Shown piece after piece: positions 45,411 through 54,929 of a stretch of 64,000 nt of DNA. The notes beneath the pieces were generated by a model. The model had not been told where the DNA came from and ran no database searches. It worked only from the letters and a program-made list of their open reading frames with translations. How positions within the stretch are numbered: position 1 is the stretch's first letter; every line of letters begins with the position of its first letter. Origin of the DNA: Patescibacteria group bacterium (GTDB lineage Bacteria > Patescibacteriota > Patescibacteriia > SG8-24); contig JBAYFM010000004.1 in assembly GCA_041667185.1 (NCBI GenBank), positions 9,097 through 73,096 on the forward strand, given 5' to 3'. The translations under genes and the position numbers were made by a program.

Positions 45411-46805
45411 CTAGCGGATCACGATCTTCTTCTTCATCTCCGCGGCAGCCTTATTATAGTCCACGATCTCCTGCATGCCGGATTCCATGTCCCGGATCAG
45501 GATCGTACCGTCCAGAACCTCTTTCTGGCCGATGATCACCGTGTACTTGGCGCCGAGGCGGTTGGCAGTCTCAAGCTGGGTCTTCAAAGCGCTCTTCGAG
45601 AAGGTCGCGGCCACGCGGATGCCGGCGCTGCGCAGATCCTCGAACAAGGTGAAAGCCTTGCGGCGCGCGGTATCGCCCAGCTGAGCCAGGAAGATATCCG
45701 GTTTGAAGTCGTCGGTCGGCTCCACGTTCAAGGTCTTCATCTGCAGAATGGCGCGCTCCAGCCCGATACCGAAGCCACACGCCGGAGTCGGCCGGCCGCC
45801 GAGCTGTTCGACCAGACCGTCATAGCGCCCTCCCCCGCCGAGCGCGCTGGTTCCCTCGCTCGGGTTCTCTTCCGCCGGCATCACTTCGAAGACGGTGCGG
45901 GTGTAATAATCGAGGCCGCGGACCAGATGCGGGTCGAGCGTGTAAGGGACCGACAGTTCATCCAGATATTCGAGCACGCGCATCAGGTGGTTTTTGCACT
46001 CCTCGTCGAGGAAGTCGACGATGTGCGGGGCGCTCTCGCGAAGAGCGGCGCAACCGGCCTCCTTGCAGTCGAGCAGCCGCAGCGGGTTCTTCAGCAGCCG
46101 CCGCTTGCAATCCTCGCAGATCTGGGAGCGCTTGCTGCGGTAGTAGGCGGTCAGTTCGGTCAGGTAGCTCGGACGGCAAAGATGGCAGCCGAGGCTGTTG
46201 ATGTGGATGACCGTCTTGACGCCGATGTCCTTGTAGAAAAGATGCGCGGCCAGGATGACCTCGGCGTCGAGCACCGGGTTGGCGTCGCCGAAAGCCTCGA
46301 AGCCGAACTGGTGGTGCTGGCGGAGACGGCCATGCTGCGGACGCTCGTAACGGAACATCGGGCCGACGTAATAAAGTTTGACCGGCTGCGGCAGTGTGAA
46401 CATGCCGTGGTTGATGTAGGCGCGGGCGAGCGACGCGGTGCCTTCGGGGCGCAGCGAAACGTTCTCGCCGCCGCGGTCGACGAAGGAAAATAATTCCTTC
46501 TCGACGACATCGCTCTGCTTGCCGACGGACCGCATGAACAGAGAGGTCTCCTCCAGGATCGGCGTGTCGACGCGTTCATAGCCGTAGGCGCGCGCCAGCA
46601 GATCGATCTTGCGGTTGATGAAACGCCAATACCGCTGCTCCGAAGGCAGCGTGTCGCGCATGCCGCGCAAGGTCTGGGGCGTGGCGACGTTCCGGACAGC
46701 CGGCTTCGGAGCCGCCGCGGCCTGAACCGGAGCTTTCGGCGCCTTAGGCTTGGCCGGAATCTTCTTGGCGGCGACCGGACGCGGTTTATTCTTTAATGAT
46801 GGCAT
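45411..46805 (-). CDS. hisS: Histidine--tRNA ligase
   Basis: LRPEGTA; MFRYERPQHGRLRQHHQFG; LVRGLDYYT; GGGRYDGL. Confidence 0.97.
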   Translation of the reverse strand: MPSLKNKPRPVAAKKIPAKPKAPKAPVQAAAAPKPAVRNVATPQTLRGMRDTLPSEQRYWRFINRKIDLLARAYGYERVDTPILEETSLFMRSVGKQSDVVEKELFSFVDRGGENVSLRPEGTASLARAYINHGMFTLPQPVKLYYVGPMFRYERPQHGRLRQHHQFGFEAFGDANPVLDAEVILAAHLFYKDIGVKTVIHINSLGCHLCRPSYLTELTAYYRSKRSQICEDCKRRLLKNPLRLLDCKEAGCAALRESAPHIVDFLDEECKNHLMRVLEYLDELSVPYTLDPHLVRGLDYYTRTVFEVMPAEENPSEGTSALGGGGRYDGLVEQLGGRPTPACGFGIGLERAILQMKTLNVEPTDDFKPDIFLAQLGDTARRKAFTLFEDLRSAGIRVAATFSKSALKTQLETANRLGAKYTVIIGQKEVLDGTILIRDMESGMQEIVDYNKAAAEMKKKIVIR

Positions 46806-46834
46806 AAGGTATCAGGTGAAAATCTTTTTATCGG

Positions 46835-47491
46835 TCAGGGCTGCCGGACCAGCGGCTCGCTTTCGAAAAGCCGCATCTTTTCCGGCGGCCAGCCGCGGAA
46901 CCAGACGCGGCCGACGACGAACGGTCGCGACACCGGTCCGAACACGCGAGAATCCAGGCTAGCGGAACGATTATCGCCCATCAGGAAAAATTCGCCGGCT
47001 CCAAGCGTGACATCCTTCTCCCCCGGCGTGCGCAGCGCGCCGAGGTAGGCGCTTTCATCAAGCAGCCAACCGTCAGGATGCGCGGCGTCGTAAATGGTCA
47101 CCTGACCGCCCGAGACTACGACCCGGTCGCCCGGCAGTCCGATGACGCGTTTGATGAAGAATTGCCGCGGATCATTGGGATAACGGAACACCACGATGTC
47201 GCCGCGCACCGGTTCATGAAGCCGATAACTCAGCTCGTCGATGATCAGATATTCATGATCGTAGAAATTCGGTTCCATCGACGCGCCCTTCACGTAGAAC
47301 GGCTGGATCAGGAAATAGCGGACCGGAACGATGATGGCCAGCGAGATGATGACCACATGCAGAAGTTCGCCGAAAAATTCCAGGGTCCGCGACACCAGGC
47401 TTTTGACGATCGGCGCCGACTGATCGGCCGGAGTCGGCCCGGACGGCAGCTGCTCCTTGGCAGTCTGATTTTCCTTGTTGATCTCGTCCAT
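46835..47491 (-). CDS. lepB: Signal peptidase I
   Basis: GASMEPN; FIKRVIGLPGD; MGDNRSASLDSR. Confidence 0.95.
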   Translation of the reverse strand: MDEINKENQTAKEQLPSGPTPADQSAPIVKSLVSRTLEFFGELLHVVIISLAIIVPVRYFLIQPFYVKGASMEPNFYDHEYLIIDELSYRLHEPVRGDIVVFRYPNDPRQFFIKRVIGLPGDRVVVSGGQVTIYDAAHPDGWLLDESAYLGALRTPGEKDVTLGAGEFFLMGDNRSASLDSRVFGPVSRPFVVGRVWFRGWPPEKMRLFESEPLVRQP

Positions 47492-47539
47492 AGTCGTATT
47501 GCGAACGCGCACTGATCATTCCAATATACTCTGACGGAC

Positions 47540-47629
47540 GTCCTCCTGCGGCTGCGGGAGGACTTTTCGGACCACAGATTCGCCGAACCTTGCTGGGGCA
47601 ATTTGCCCTTCCGAAGCTTTGGCGAAGGA
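47540..47629. repeat. REP-like hairpins abutting the tRNA-Val CCA
   Basis: Minus strand: tccttcgccaaagcttcggaaggg directly after CCA; gtcctcccgcagccgcaggaggac. Confidence 0.6.
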
Positions 47630-47706
47630 TGGTGGGCGCAGGTGGGATCGAACCACCGACCTCTGTCGTGTGAGGACAGCGCTCTAACCAGCTGAGCCAT
47701 GCGCCC
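47630..47706 (-). tRNA. tRNA-Val (CAC)
   Basis: GGGCGCA acceptor; CTGTC-CT-CAC-AC-GACAG; GGTTCGATCC; CCA. Confidence 0.96.
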
Positions 47707-47962
47707 ATGATTGCCCGCCAGAGAATATTGAAATACCAGATCTCTCGCTTGACGGCCCAATACTAAGATAACCGCCTCGCGGACTTATTTTAAGCAAAAG
47801 CAGTGTAACACGGGATTTATCATTTGCCAATGCCGGGAAGTAAGCTAAAACGGGGGTTGAAACCTTGCCAAAACGACCGATTTAGCAGAATATATGATAA
47901 TGATACCCTGCCTGATCGTCAGGCTGTGACTTGAACCGCTGACGACCACCTGACCTAAAAAC

Positions 47963-49399
47963 ATGAGGACCCTAAAGATCAACTTCCTGGAGAATCACGG
48001 AACCAGTCATGACCGCGGCGGCGCCAACCGCCCGGTCAGGTCTTTGTTATCGCTCGCGATCTTCGCGGGCTTGTTCGCTTTTTCCTTCGGCATCGGCCGG
48101 CTCTCGCTGTCCGAATCGGCTTCGGCGGCGCTCGCGACCATCGGCAATCTGCCCATCATTTCGCAGATGCAGCTGATCGTCAGCTCTGACAGGAAGATGT
48201 CCGGCGAAGCCGCCGACCGGATCAACATCCTGCTGCTCGGCATGGGCGGCGAAGGCCACGACGGCCCGCTGCTCACGGACACCAATGTACTCCTGAGCCT
48301 CAAGCCGTCTACGGGACAGGTGGCTCTCATGTCCATACCGCGCGACCTGCTCGTGCCGCTGCCGAAGTACGGCTGGCGCAAGATCAATGCCGCCAACGCT
48401 TTCGGCGAACTCGAAGCCGCCGGCCGCGGCGCGGACTTATCGCGCACGGCGCTGGAAGGATTGTTCGGCATGGATATCCCCTACTACGTCCGGATCGACT
48501 TCAACGGCTTCAAGGAGATCGTCGACGATCTTGGCGGCATCGACGTCTACATCGACAAGTCGTTCGCGGATCACAATTATCCGACGGCCGACCATGGCGT
48601 GCAGACGATCTCTTTCACCGCCGGTTGGCAGAACCTGAGCGGCGAAGAGGCTTTGAAATACACCCGCTCGCGGCACGGCAACAATGGCGAAGGTTCGGAC
48701 TTCGCCCGCGCCAAACGCCAGCAAAAAGTACTGGCCGCCATCAAAGAGAAAGCCATGACCTTCCAGGTGATCAAGAATCCGGCGATGGTCAGCAATCTTC
48801 TGGCCAGCCTGCAATCGAACATCGCCACCAATCTCCAGGTCGGAGAGATCCTGCGCTTGGCCAAATTCGGCCGCTCCGTCGATCCCGCGACGATCGTCCA
48901 CAAAGTCATCGATGATCGTCCGGGTTCGCCGCTCGTCGCCAGCCAGTACGGCGGCGCCTACGTGCTCGTACCCAGGAACGACGATTGGACCGGCCTGCGC
49001 GAGCTGGCGGCCGACATCTTCTCTTCCGAGACCGACCTGAAGATCGAGAATCAGCCGGCCCGGACCGCGGCTGCGGCTGACGCGCCGAATGAGGCCAAAC
49101 CGCGCATCGAGATCCTGAACGGTTCCGGCGAGACCGGACTTGCGCGCGACGTGGCCGGAAAACTGACGGCCCTGGGCTTCACCGTGGTCCGGATCGGCAA
49201 TGCCGACACCTTCGCTTTCGAGAAGACGCTGGTTTACGACCTGACCGACGGAAAAATGAAAAGTTCGATCACTAATCTCAAAGAAGCGCTGAACAACACG
49301 CGGATCGACACCAAGCCCTCGCAGCGCCTGATCCCTGCCGATCGGACCGGCATCGATATTGTCGTCATCCTGGGCAAAACTGACCCTAAGGAAAGTTGA
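47963..49399 (+). CDS. LCP-family protein with LytR_C domain
   Basis: INILLLG..TDT..MSIPRDL..ALKYTRSRH..SDFARAKRQQ; IEILNGSGETGLA. Confidence 0.92.
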   Translation: MRTLKINFLENHGTSHDRGGANRPVRSLLSLAIFAGLFAFSFGIGRLSLSESASAALATIGNLPIISQMQLIVSSDRKMSGEAADRINILLLGMGGEGHDGPLLTDTNVLLSLKPSTGQVALMSIPRDLLVPLPKYGWRKINAANAFGELEAAGRGADLSRTALEGLFGMDIPYYVRIDFNGFKEIVDDLGGIDVYIDKSFADHNYPTADHGVQTISFTAGWQNLSGEEALKYTRSRHGNNGEGSDFARAKRQQKVLAAIKEKAMTFQVIKNPAMVSNLLASLQSNIATNLQVGEILRLAKFGRSVDPATIVHKVIDDRPGSPLVASQYGGAYVLVPRNDDWTGLRELAADIFSSETDLKIENQPARTAAAADAPNEAKPRIEILNGSGETGLARDVAGKLTALGFTVVRIGNADTFAFEKTLVYDLTDGKMKSSITNLKEALNNTRIDTKPSQRLIPADRTGIDIVVILGKTDPKES

Positions 49400-49429
49400 T
49401 ACGAGGCGTTGCGCCTTAACCCCAAGCTT

Positions 49430-50794
49430 ATGGACACCAGACTGAAGATGACGCCCGTCGTAGCTATCGTCGGCCGCCCGAACGTCGGCAAATCGACGCT
49501 GTTCAACAAACTCCTCGAGCGGCGGAAAGCCCTGACCTCGCCCGAGGCCGGCACGACGCGCGACCTGAACTACGGCCATTTCCACTGGCGCACTTTGACG
49601 ATGACCGCCATCGACACCGCCGGCCTCGACCTCACGGACAAAACGTCCACTGAGGAAGGCCTCAAGCGCCAGGCGCGCGCCGCCATGACCAAGGCCGACA
49701 TCATCATTTTCGTCACCGACGTCACCGACGGCATGCTGCCCCAGGATAAGGCCCTGGCGAAAGAACTGCAGAAGACCAAAAAGACCGTGCTGCTCGCCGC
49801 GAACAAAGCCGACAATCCGAGAAAACGCAGCCTGGGCGAGTCGCCGGACTGGCTCAAGCTCGGTTACGGCGCGCCGACGCCGATCTCGGCCGCGAGCGGA
49901 TCGGGCATCGGCGATCTGCTCGACCTCGTCGTTGACGACCTCAAGGCCCGCGGACTCGAATCGAAGCCGCTGCCGCCGATCGACGCGCGGGTGGCGATCA
50001 TCGGCCGCCCTAACGTCGGCAAATCCACGCTCCTGAACACGCTCGCCGGCGAAGAGCGGGTGCTCGTGAGCGAAGTCCCGCACACCACGAAAGAACCGCA
50101 GGACACGCTGCTCATCTATGAGGACGAGGAACTCGGCCAGCAGAACATCCTGCTCGTCGACACGGTCGGCATCCGCAAGCGCGGCAATGTCGGTCCGGGC
50201 ATGGAAAAAATCGGCGTCAGCCTGAGCATCGACGAACTGGAAGCCGCTGATGTCGCTCTGCTCGTGATCGACGCGACCCAAGGAGCCAGCCTGCAGGAAA
50301 AGAAACTGGCCGGCGTCATCGAGGAGAAGACTCCAGCCATGGTCGTCCTGGTCAACAAGTGGGATCTGGCCGAGAAGCGCAAACTCGGCGATGCCGACGA
50401 CTACCGCAAATACCTGCAGCGCGAACTCCCCTTCATCGCCTGGGCCCCGATCCTCTTCACTTCGGCCCTGACCGGCAGCAAGACCAGCCGCATCCTGCAC
50501 GCCGCTCTCCAAGCCTCGATCGAACGCAGCCGCGAGATCGACACGCCGGCGCTCGACGCTTTCGCCGCCCGGCTGAAAAAAGTGCACCACTCCACTTTCG
50601 CCCGCGGCGCCAGCCTCCCCAAGGTCTACGGCCTGACCCAGGTCAGCACCCGCCCGCCGACCTTCATGCTCGTGGTCAAAGACAAGGAGACCCTGCATCC
50701 GAACTTCGTGCGCTTCGTCGAGAAACTCCTGCGCCAGGAGTTCGGTTTCGCCGGCACGCCGATCCGGGTGCTGGCCCGCCAGATCAGCAAATAA
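49430..50794 (+). CDS. der: Ribosome biogenesis GTPase Der
   Basis: Two GRPNVGKS G-domains plus a KH-like C-terminus (FGFAGTPI). Confidence 0.96.
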   Translation: MDTRLKMTPVVAIVGRPNVGKSTLFNKLLERRKALTSPEAGTTRDLNYGHFHWRTLTMTAIDTAGLDLTDKTSTEEGLKRQARAAMTKADIIIFVTDVTDGMLPQDKALAKELQKTKKTVLLAANKADNPRKRSLGESPDWLKLGYGAPTPISAASGSGIGDLLDLVVDDLKARGLESKPLPPIDARVAIIGRPNVGKSTLLNTLAGEERVLVSEVPHTTKEPQDTLLIYEDEELGQQNILLVDTVGIRKRGNVGPGMEKIGVSLSIDELEAADVALLVIDATQGASLQEKKLAGVIEEKTPAMVVLVNKWDLAEKRKLGDADDYRKYLQRELPFIAWAPILFTSALTGSKTSRILHAALQASIERSREIDTPALDAFAARLKKVHHSTFARGASLPKVYGLTQVSTRPPTFMLVVKDKETLHPNFVRFVEKLLRQEFGFAGTPIRVLARQISK

Positions 50795-50809
50795 GATCCG
50801 CATCCGACT

Positions 50810-51382
50810 ATGGCCAAACTCATCGTCGGCCTGGGCAATCCCGGCGAAAAATACGACCGCACCCGGCATAACGCCGGCTTCCGCGCGGTCCGCGCTTTTC
50901 ATACCCTGCACGCGCTCGACCTCGGCAACTGGTCGTCGAAATTCGGCGGCCTGGTCGCTGAAGGACGCGTGGGCGGCGAGAAAGTCGTCCTGCTCCTGCC
51001 GCAGACCTTCATGAACGAATCGGGGCGGGCGGTCCGGGAAGCGTTCGATTTCTGGCATCTCAAGACCGAGGATCTGATCATCGTTTACGACGACCTGGAC
51101 CTGCCGCTCGGCGCGCTGCGCCTGCGCGAAGAAGGTTCGGCCGGCGGACACAAAGGCGTCGCTTCGATCATCGAGCATCTGAAAGACCCGCGGCTCGCCC
51201 GGGTGCGCATCGGCATCGGCACCGAACGCTCGCAGACCGTGCCGGCGGCGGATTACGTGCTGGAAAAATTCTCCGGAGCCGAGGAGCCGGCGATAGCCGA
51301 GGCGATATCGCGCGCCGCGGCGGCTCTCGACCGGATCATCGAACGTGGCATCGTTCCGGCCATGAACGAATTCAACGGCTGA
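50810..51382 (+). CDS. pth: Peptidyl-tRNA hydrolase
   Basis: LIVGLGNPG..TRHNAGF..PQTFMNESG..SAGGHKG. Confidence 0.96.
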   Translation: MAKLIVGLGNPGEKYDRTRHNAGFRAVRAFHTLHALDLGNWSSKFGGLVAEGRVGGEKVVLLLPQTFMNESGRAVREAFDFWHLKTEDLIIVYDDLDLPLGALRLREEGSAGGHKGVASIIEHLKDPRLARVRIGIGTERSQTVPAADYVLEKFSGAEEPAIAEAISRAAAALDRIIERGIVPAMNEFNG

Positions 51383-51468
51383 TGCGGAGACGCGGCCGGG
51401 ATCGCCTAACGGAGGCGGTCCTTTTCGATTTGACAGCTTTTCAGACTCCGGCTATCGTGCCGCCCGCT

Positions 51469-52557
51469 ATGGACCGAGCAGCCGCGGGATTCATCGCCGC
51501 CGCCATCAGGACCGGATCGCTGAAGCCGCCGGAGCTGTTGACGCTGCTTGTCGGGCTCGACAGCCCCGAAGCACTCTGGTCGGCGGCGCCGGAGCGGATG
51601 ATTGGACTCGGGATCGCCCCGGCGGCTGCGCTGGCCTTCGCGCGATCGCGGCCAGCGGCTGATCCAAAAAAGGAAGCGGATGAACTCGCCCGACACGATG
51701 TCGCAGCGGTCGCTTTCAATGAATCCGAATATCCGTCGCAGCTCCGACAGATCTTCGACCCGCCAGCTATTCTTTTTTACCGCGGCCGGCTGGCGGCTCT
51801 CCGCGGTCACCTGCCTGTGGCTGTGGTCGGCACCCGGGGCATGACCGAATACGGAGCCCGAGCGGCGCGGCTGTTCACTCGCCAACTCGCGACCGCCGGC
51901 TGCACCATCGTGAGCGGCCTGGCGCTCGGCGTCGACGCGGCCGCACACGAAGCCTGCCTGGAGGCCAACGGCATTACCGTGGCCGTGCTGGCTTCCGGAA
52001 CGGATCGTCCCAGCGTCGGTCCGCGGACCAATGCCGGACTGGCCGAAAGGATCGTCAAAGCCGACGGCGTCGTGGTCTCCGAATATCCGCCCGGCACGAT
52101 CTCCTGGAAAGATAATTTCCTCAAACGCAACCGAATCATCGCCGGACTCAGCCGCGGCGTCGTAGTCATTGAGGCGGCGGAGCGGTCCGGAGCGCTCGTC
52201 ACCGCCCGCCTGGCGCTGGAACAAGGACGCGACGTCTTCGCCGTTCCCGGACCGATCTTCAGCCCTAAGTCCTTAGGCTGCAACCGCCTGATCCAAACCG
52301 GCGCCTCGCCATTGATTACGATCGAGGATATTTTCCAAGTCTACGACTTAAAGATAAGTACTCCTGCGGTCGCCAAGCAAACCATCATCGACCCGGCACA
52401 AAAGGCGATCTTCACATCCCTGGCGGCGGGGTCGGCCACCACCGACGAACTGGCCGTCAAAACCGGCCTGACGCCACCGGAAGTCCTGGCCGCTGTCTCC
52501 GCCCTGGAGCTAGCCGGACTGGTCGCGACGCATTATAATAAGGTAGTTCGCAATTGA
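51469..52557 (+). CDS. dprA: DNA processing protein DprA
   Basis: AVVGTR..IVSGLALGVD..RNRIIAGLS..EAAERSGALVTA..VFAVPG. Confidence 0.95.
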   Translation: MDRAAAGFIAAAIRTGSLKPPELLTLLVGLDSPEALWSAAPERMIGLGIAPAAALAFARSRPAADPKKEADELARHDVAAVAFNESEYPSQLRQIFDPPAILFYRGRLAALRGHLPVAVVGTRGMTEYGARAARLFTRQLATAGCTIVSGLALGVDAAAHEACLEANGITVAVLASGTDRPSVGPRTNAGLAERIVKADGVVVSEYPPGTISWKDNFLKRNRIIAGLSRGVVVIEAAERSGALVTARLALEQGRDVFAVPGPIFSPKSLGCNRLIQTGASPLITIEDIFQVYDLKISTPAVAKQTIIDPAQKAIFTSLAAGSATTDELAVKTGLTPPEVLAAVSALELAGLVATHYNKVVRN

Positions 52558-52635
52558 CAGGTCGGCACCAGGACGGCTACCCTGTCAAAATACTGCGCCG
52601 CTTCGCGGCCGCGGCTGAATCATCATGACTCTTTT

Positions 52636-54870
52636 ATGGGAACCAAACTCGTCATCGTCGAGTCGCCGACCAAAGCCAAGACCATCGCCAAATTCCTGGG
52701 CAAAGGCTTTAAAGTCCTGTCCTCTTTCGGCCACATCCGCGACCTGCCGAAAAAAGAGATCGGCGTCGACACCGAGAACGGCTTCAAGCCGCGCTACGTC
52801 ATCCCGACCAAATCGCGGAAGACCGTCAACGAACTGAAGAAAGCCGCGAGCACGGCCGACGAGGTCTTCTTCGCTTCCGACGAAGACCGCGAAGGAGAAG
52901 CGATCGCCTGGCATCTTCAGGAAACGCTCAAAGTCGATCCGAAAAAGACGCGGCGCATCAGCTTCCACGAGATCACCGAAGAAGCCCTGACCAAGGCTAT
53001 GGCCGAGCCGCGGGAGATCGACATGAAGATGGTCGACGCCCAGCAGGCCCGCCGCATCCTCGACCGCCTCGTCGGTTATGAGCTCTCCCCTTTCCTCTGG
53101 AAGAAGGTCGCCCGCGGCCTCTCGGCCGGACGCGTCCAATCCGTGGTCGTGCGTCTGCTCGTCGAACGGGAGCGCGAGATCCTGGCTTTCAAGCCGCAGG
53201 AATACTGGTCGATCGAAGCCTTGCTCGGGAAGAAAGACGCCGCGGCCGAAGACGGTTTCACGGCCAAATTGCTGCGCCGCGACGGGGAAACGATCGACAA
53301 GATGGCCCTGACCGACGCCGCGGGCGCGCAGCAGATCGTCGACGCCGTGACCGGCGCCGCCTGGAAGATCGCTTCGGTCGAGCGCAAGACAACCTTCCGC
53401 AGCCCGCCGCCGCCTTACACCACCTCGACCTTGCAGCAGGACGCCAACACCAAGCTCGGCTTCTCGGCCAAACAAACGATGATGCTCGCCCAGCAGCTCT
53501 ACGAAGGCGTGGAACTCGGCGCCGAGGGTCCGACCGGTCTCATCACCTACATGCGCACCGACTCGGTCAACCTGGCCGATAAATTCATCGAGGAGGCCCG
53601 GTCGTTCATCGGCCGGACGCTCGGAGCCGACCTGGTGCCGGAAACGCCCCGGAAATACAAAGCCAAGTCCAAACTCGCCCAGGAAGCGCACGAAGCCATC
53701 CGCCCGACCGACGCCGGACGCCGGCCGGAGGACCTGGACGGCAAGCTTGACGACCGCCAACTGAAACTCTACGAACTGATCTGGCGGCGCGCCGTAGCCT
53801 CGCAGATGACCGACGCCGAACTCGCCATAGTGGCGGTGGACATCGACGTCGCCGGTCCGGCGGTCTACACTTTCCGCTCGAACGGCACGACGGTCACGAA
53901 GAAAAGCTTCATGATGCTCTACGACTCCGAGGTCAAAGAAGCGCGGCTGCCCGAACTAACCGAAGGTGAAACGCTCGTACCGCGCGAGATCACGCCGAAG
54001 CAGCATTTCACCGAACCGCCGCCTTTCTACTCCGAGGCCGCCCTGGTCAAGACTCTCGAAGAGAACGGCATCGGCCGCCCTTCGACATACGCTCCGACCA
54101 TCTCGACGGTCATCGACCGCGGCTACGTCCAAAAAGACGGCAAGCGCCTACGCCCGACCGAACTGGCACTGCTCGTGAATGACCTGCTCGTGAAACATTT
54201 CCCGGACATCGTCGACTACAAATTCACGGCGAAAATGGAAGACAACCTCGACGAGATCGCCGAGGGCGGCAAGGACTGGGCGCCGATCATCGCCGACTTC
54301 TACGGTCCGTTCAAAGCCAACCTGAAGGTCAAAGAGACCGAGATCTCCAAGAAAGATGTCGCTGAACAGACGACCGACGAGAAATGCGAGAAATGCGGTA
54401 AACCGATGATCATCAAGTACGGCCGCTTCGGCCGCTTCCTGGCCTGCACCGGCTTCCCGGCCTGCCGCAACTCTAAACCGCTTCCCGGCACTGAACCGGG
54501 CTCGACCGAGAAACGGACCATCGACGAGAAATGCCCGAATTGCGGGCTGGAGATGGTCTTCCGCCGCGGCCGCTTCGGCGAATTCATCAGCTGTTCCAAC
54601 TATCCGACCTGCAAGACGACCAAGACCATCCTGAAGAAGATCGGGGTGACCTGCCCGGGCTGCGGCCAGGGCGACATGGTCGAAAAGAAGACCCGGACCG
54701 GCAAGACCTTCTACGCCTGCTCGCGCTATCCAGAGTGCAAACACGCCATGTGGTCGCGGCCGACCGGCGAGGCGTGTCCGAAATGCAAGGCCCTGCTGGT
54801 CTTCGCCAAAGCCGATGTCATCCGCTGCTCGAACAAGGAATGCGATTTTGAAAAGAAAGCCGAAAAATAG
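52636..54870 (+). CDS. topA: DNA topoisomerase I
   Basis: LVIVESPTKAKTI; SAGRVQS; LITYMRTDS; C-terminal Zn ribbons. Confidence 0.98.
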   Translation: MGTKLVIVESPTKAKTIAKFLGKGFKVLSSFGHIRDLPKKEIGVDTENGFKPRYVIPTKSRKTVNELKKAASTADEVFFASDEDREGEAIAWHLQETLKVDPKKTRRISFHEITEEALTKAMAEPREIDMKMVDAQQARRILDRLVGYELSPFLWKKVARGLSAGRVQSVVVRLLVEREREILAFKPQEYWSIEALLGKKDAAAEDGFTAKLLRRDGETIDKMALTDAAGAQQIVDAVTGAAWKIASVERKTTFRSPPPPYTTSTLQQDANTKLGFSAKQTMMLAQQLYEGVELGAEGPTGLITYMRTDSVNLADKFIEEARSFIGRTLGADLVPETPRKYKAKSKLAQEAHEAIRPTDAGRRPEDLDGKLDDRQLKLYELIWRRAVASQMTDAELAIVAVDIDVAGPAVYTFRSNGTTVTKKSFMMLYDSEVKEARLPELTEGETLVPREITPKQHFTEPPPFYSEAALVKTLEENGIGRPSTYAPTISTVIDRGYVQKDGKRLRPTELALLVNDLLVKHFPDIVDYKFTAKMEDNLDEIAEGGKDWAPIIADFYGPFKANLKVKETEISKKDVAEQTTDEKCEKCGKPMIIKYGRFGRFLACTGFPACRNSKPLPGTEPGSTEKRTIDEKCPNCGLEMVFRRGRFGEFISCSNYPTCKTTKTILKKIGVTCPGCGQGDMVEKKTRTGKTFYACSRYPECKHAMWSRPTGEACPKCKALLVFAKADVIRCSNKECDFEKKAEK

Positions 54871-54929
54871 CCTGCTGACGCCCGGACGCGACGCTCGCGC
54901 CCGCGACGCCGCCGGCCCGAGGCGGCCCT

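Noticed and set aside
48437-51178. 913-aa minus-strand ORF
   Set aside because: Antisense shadow of the LCP, der and pth genes caused by GC3 bias.
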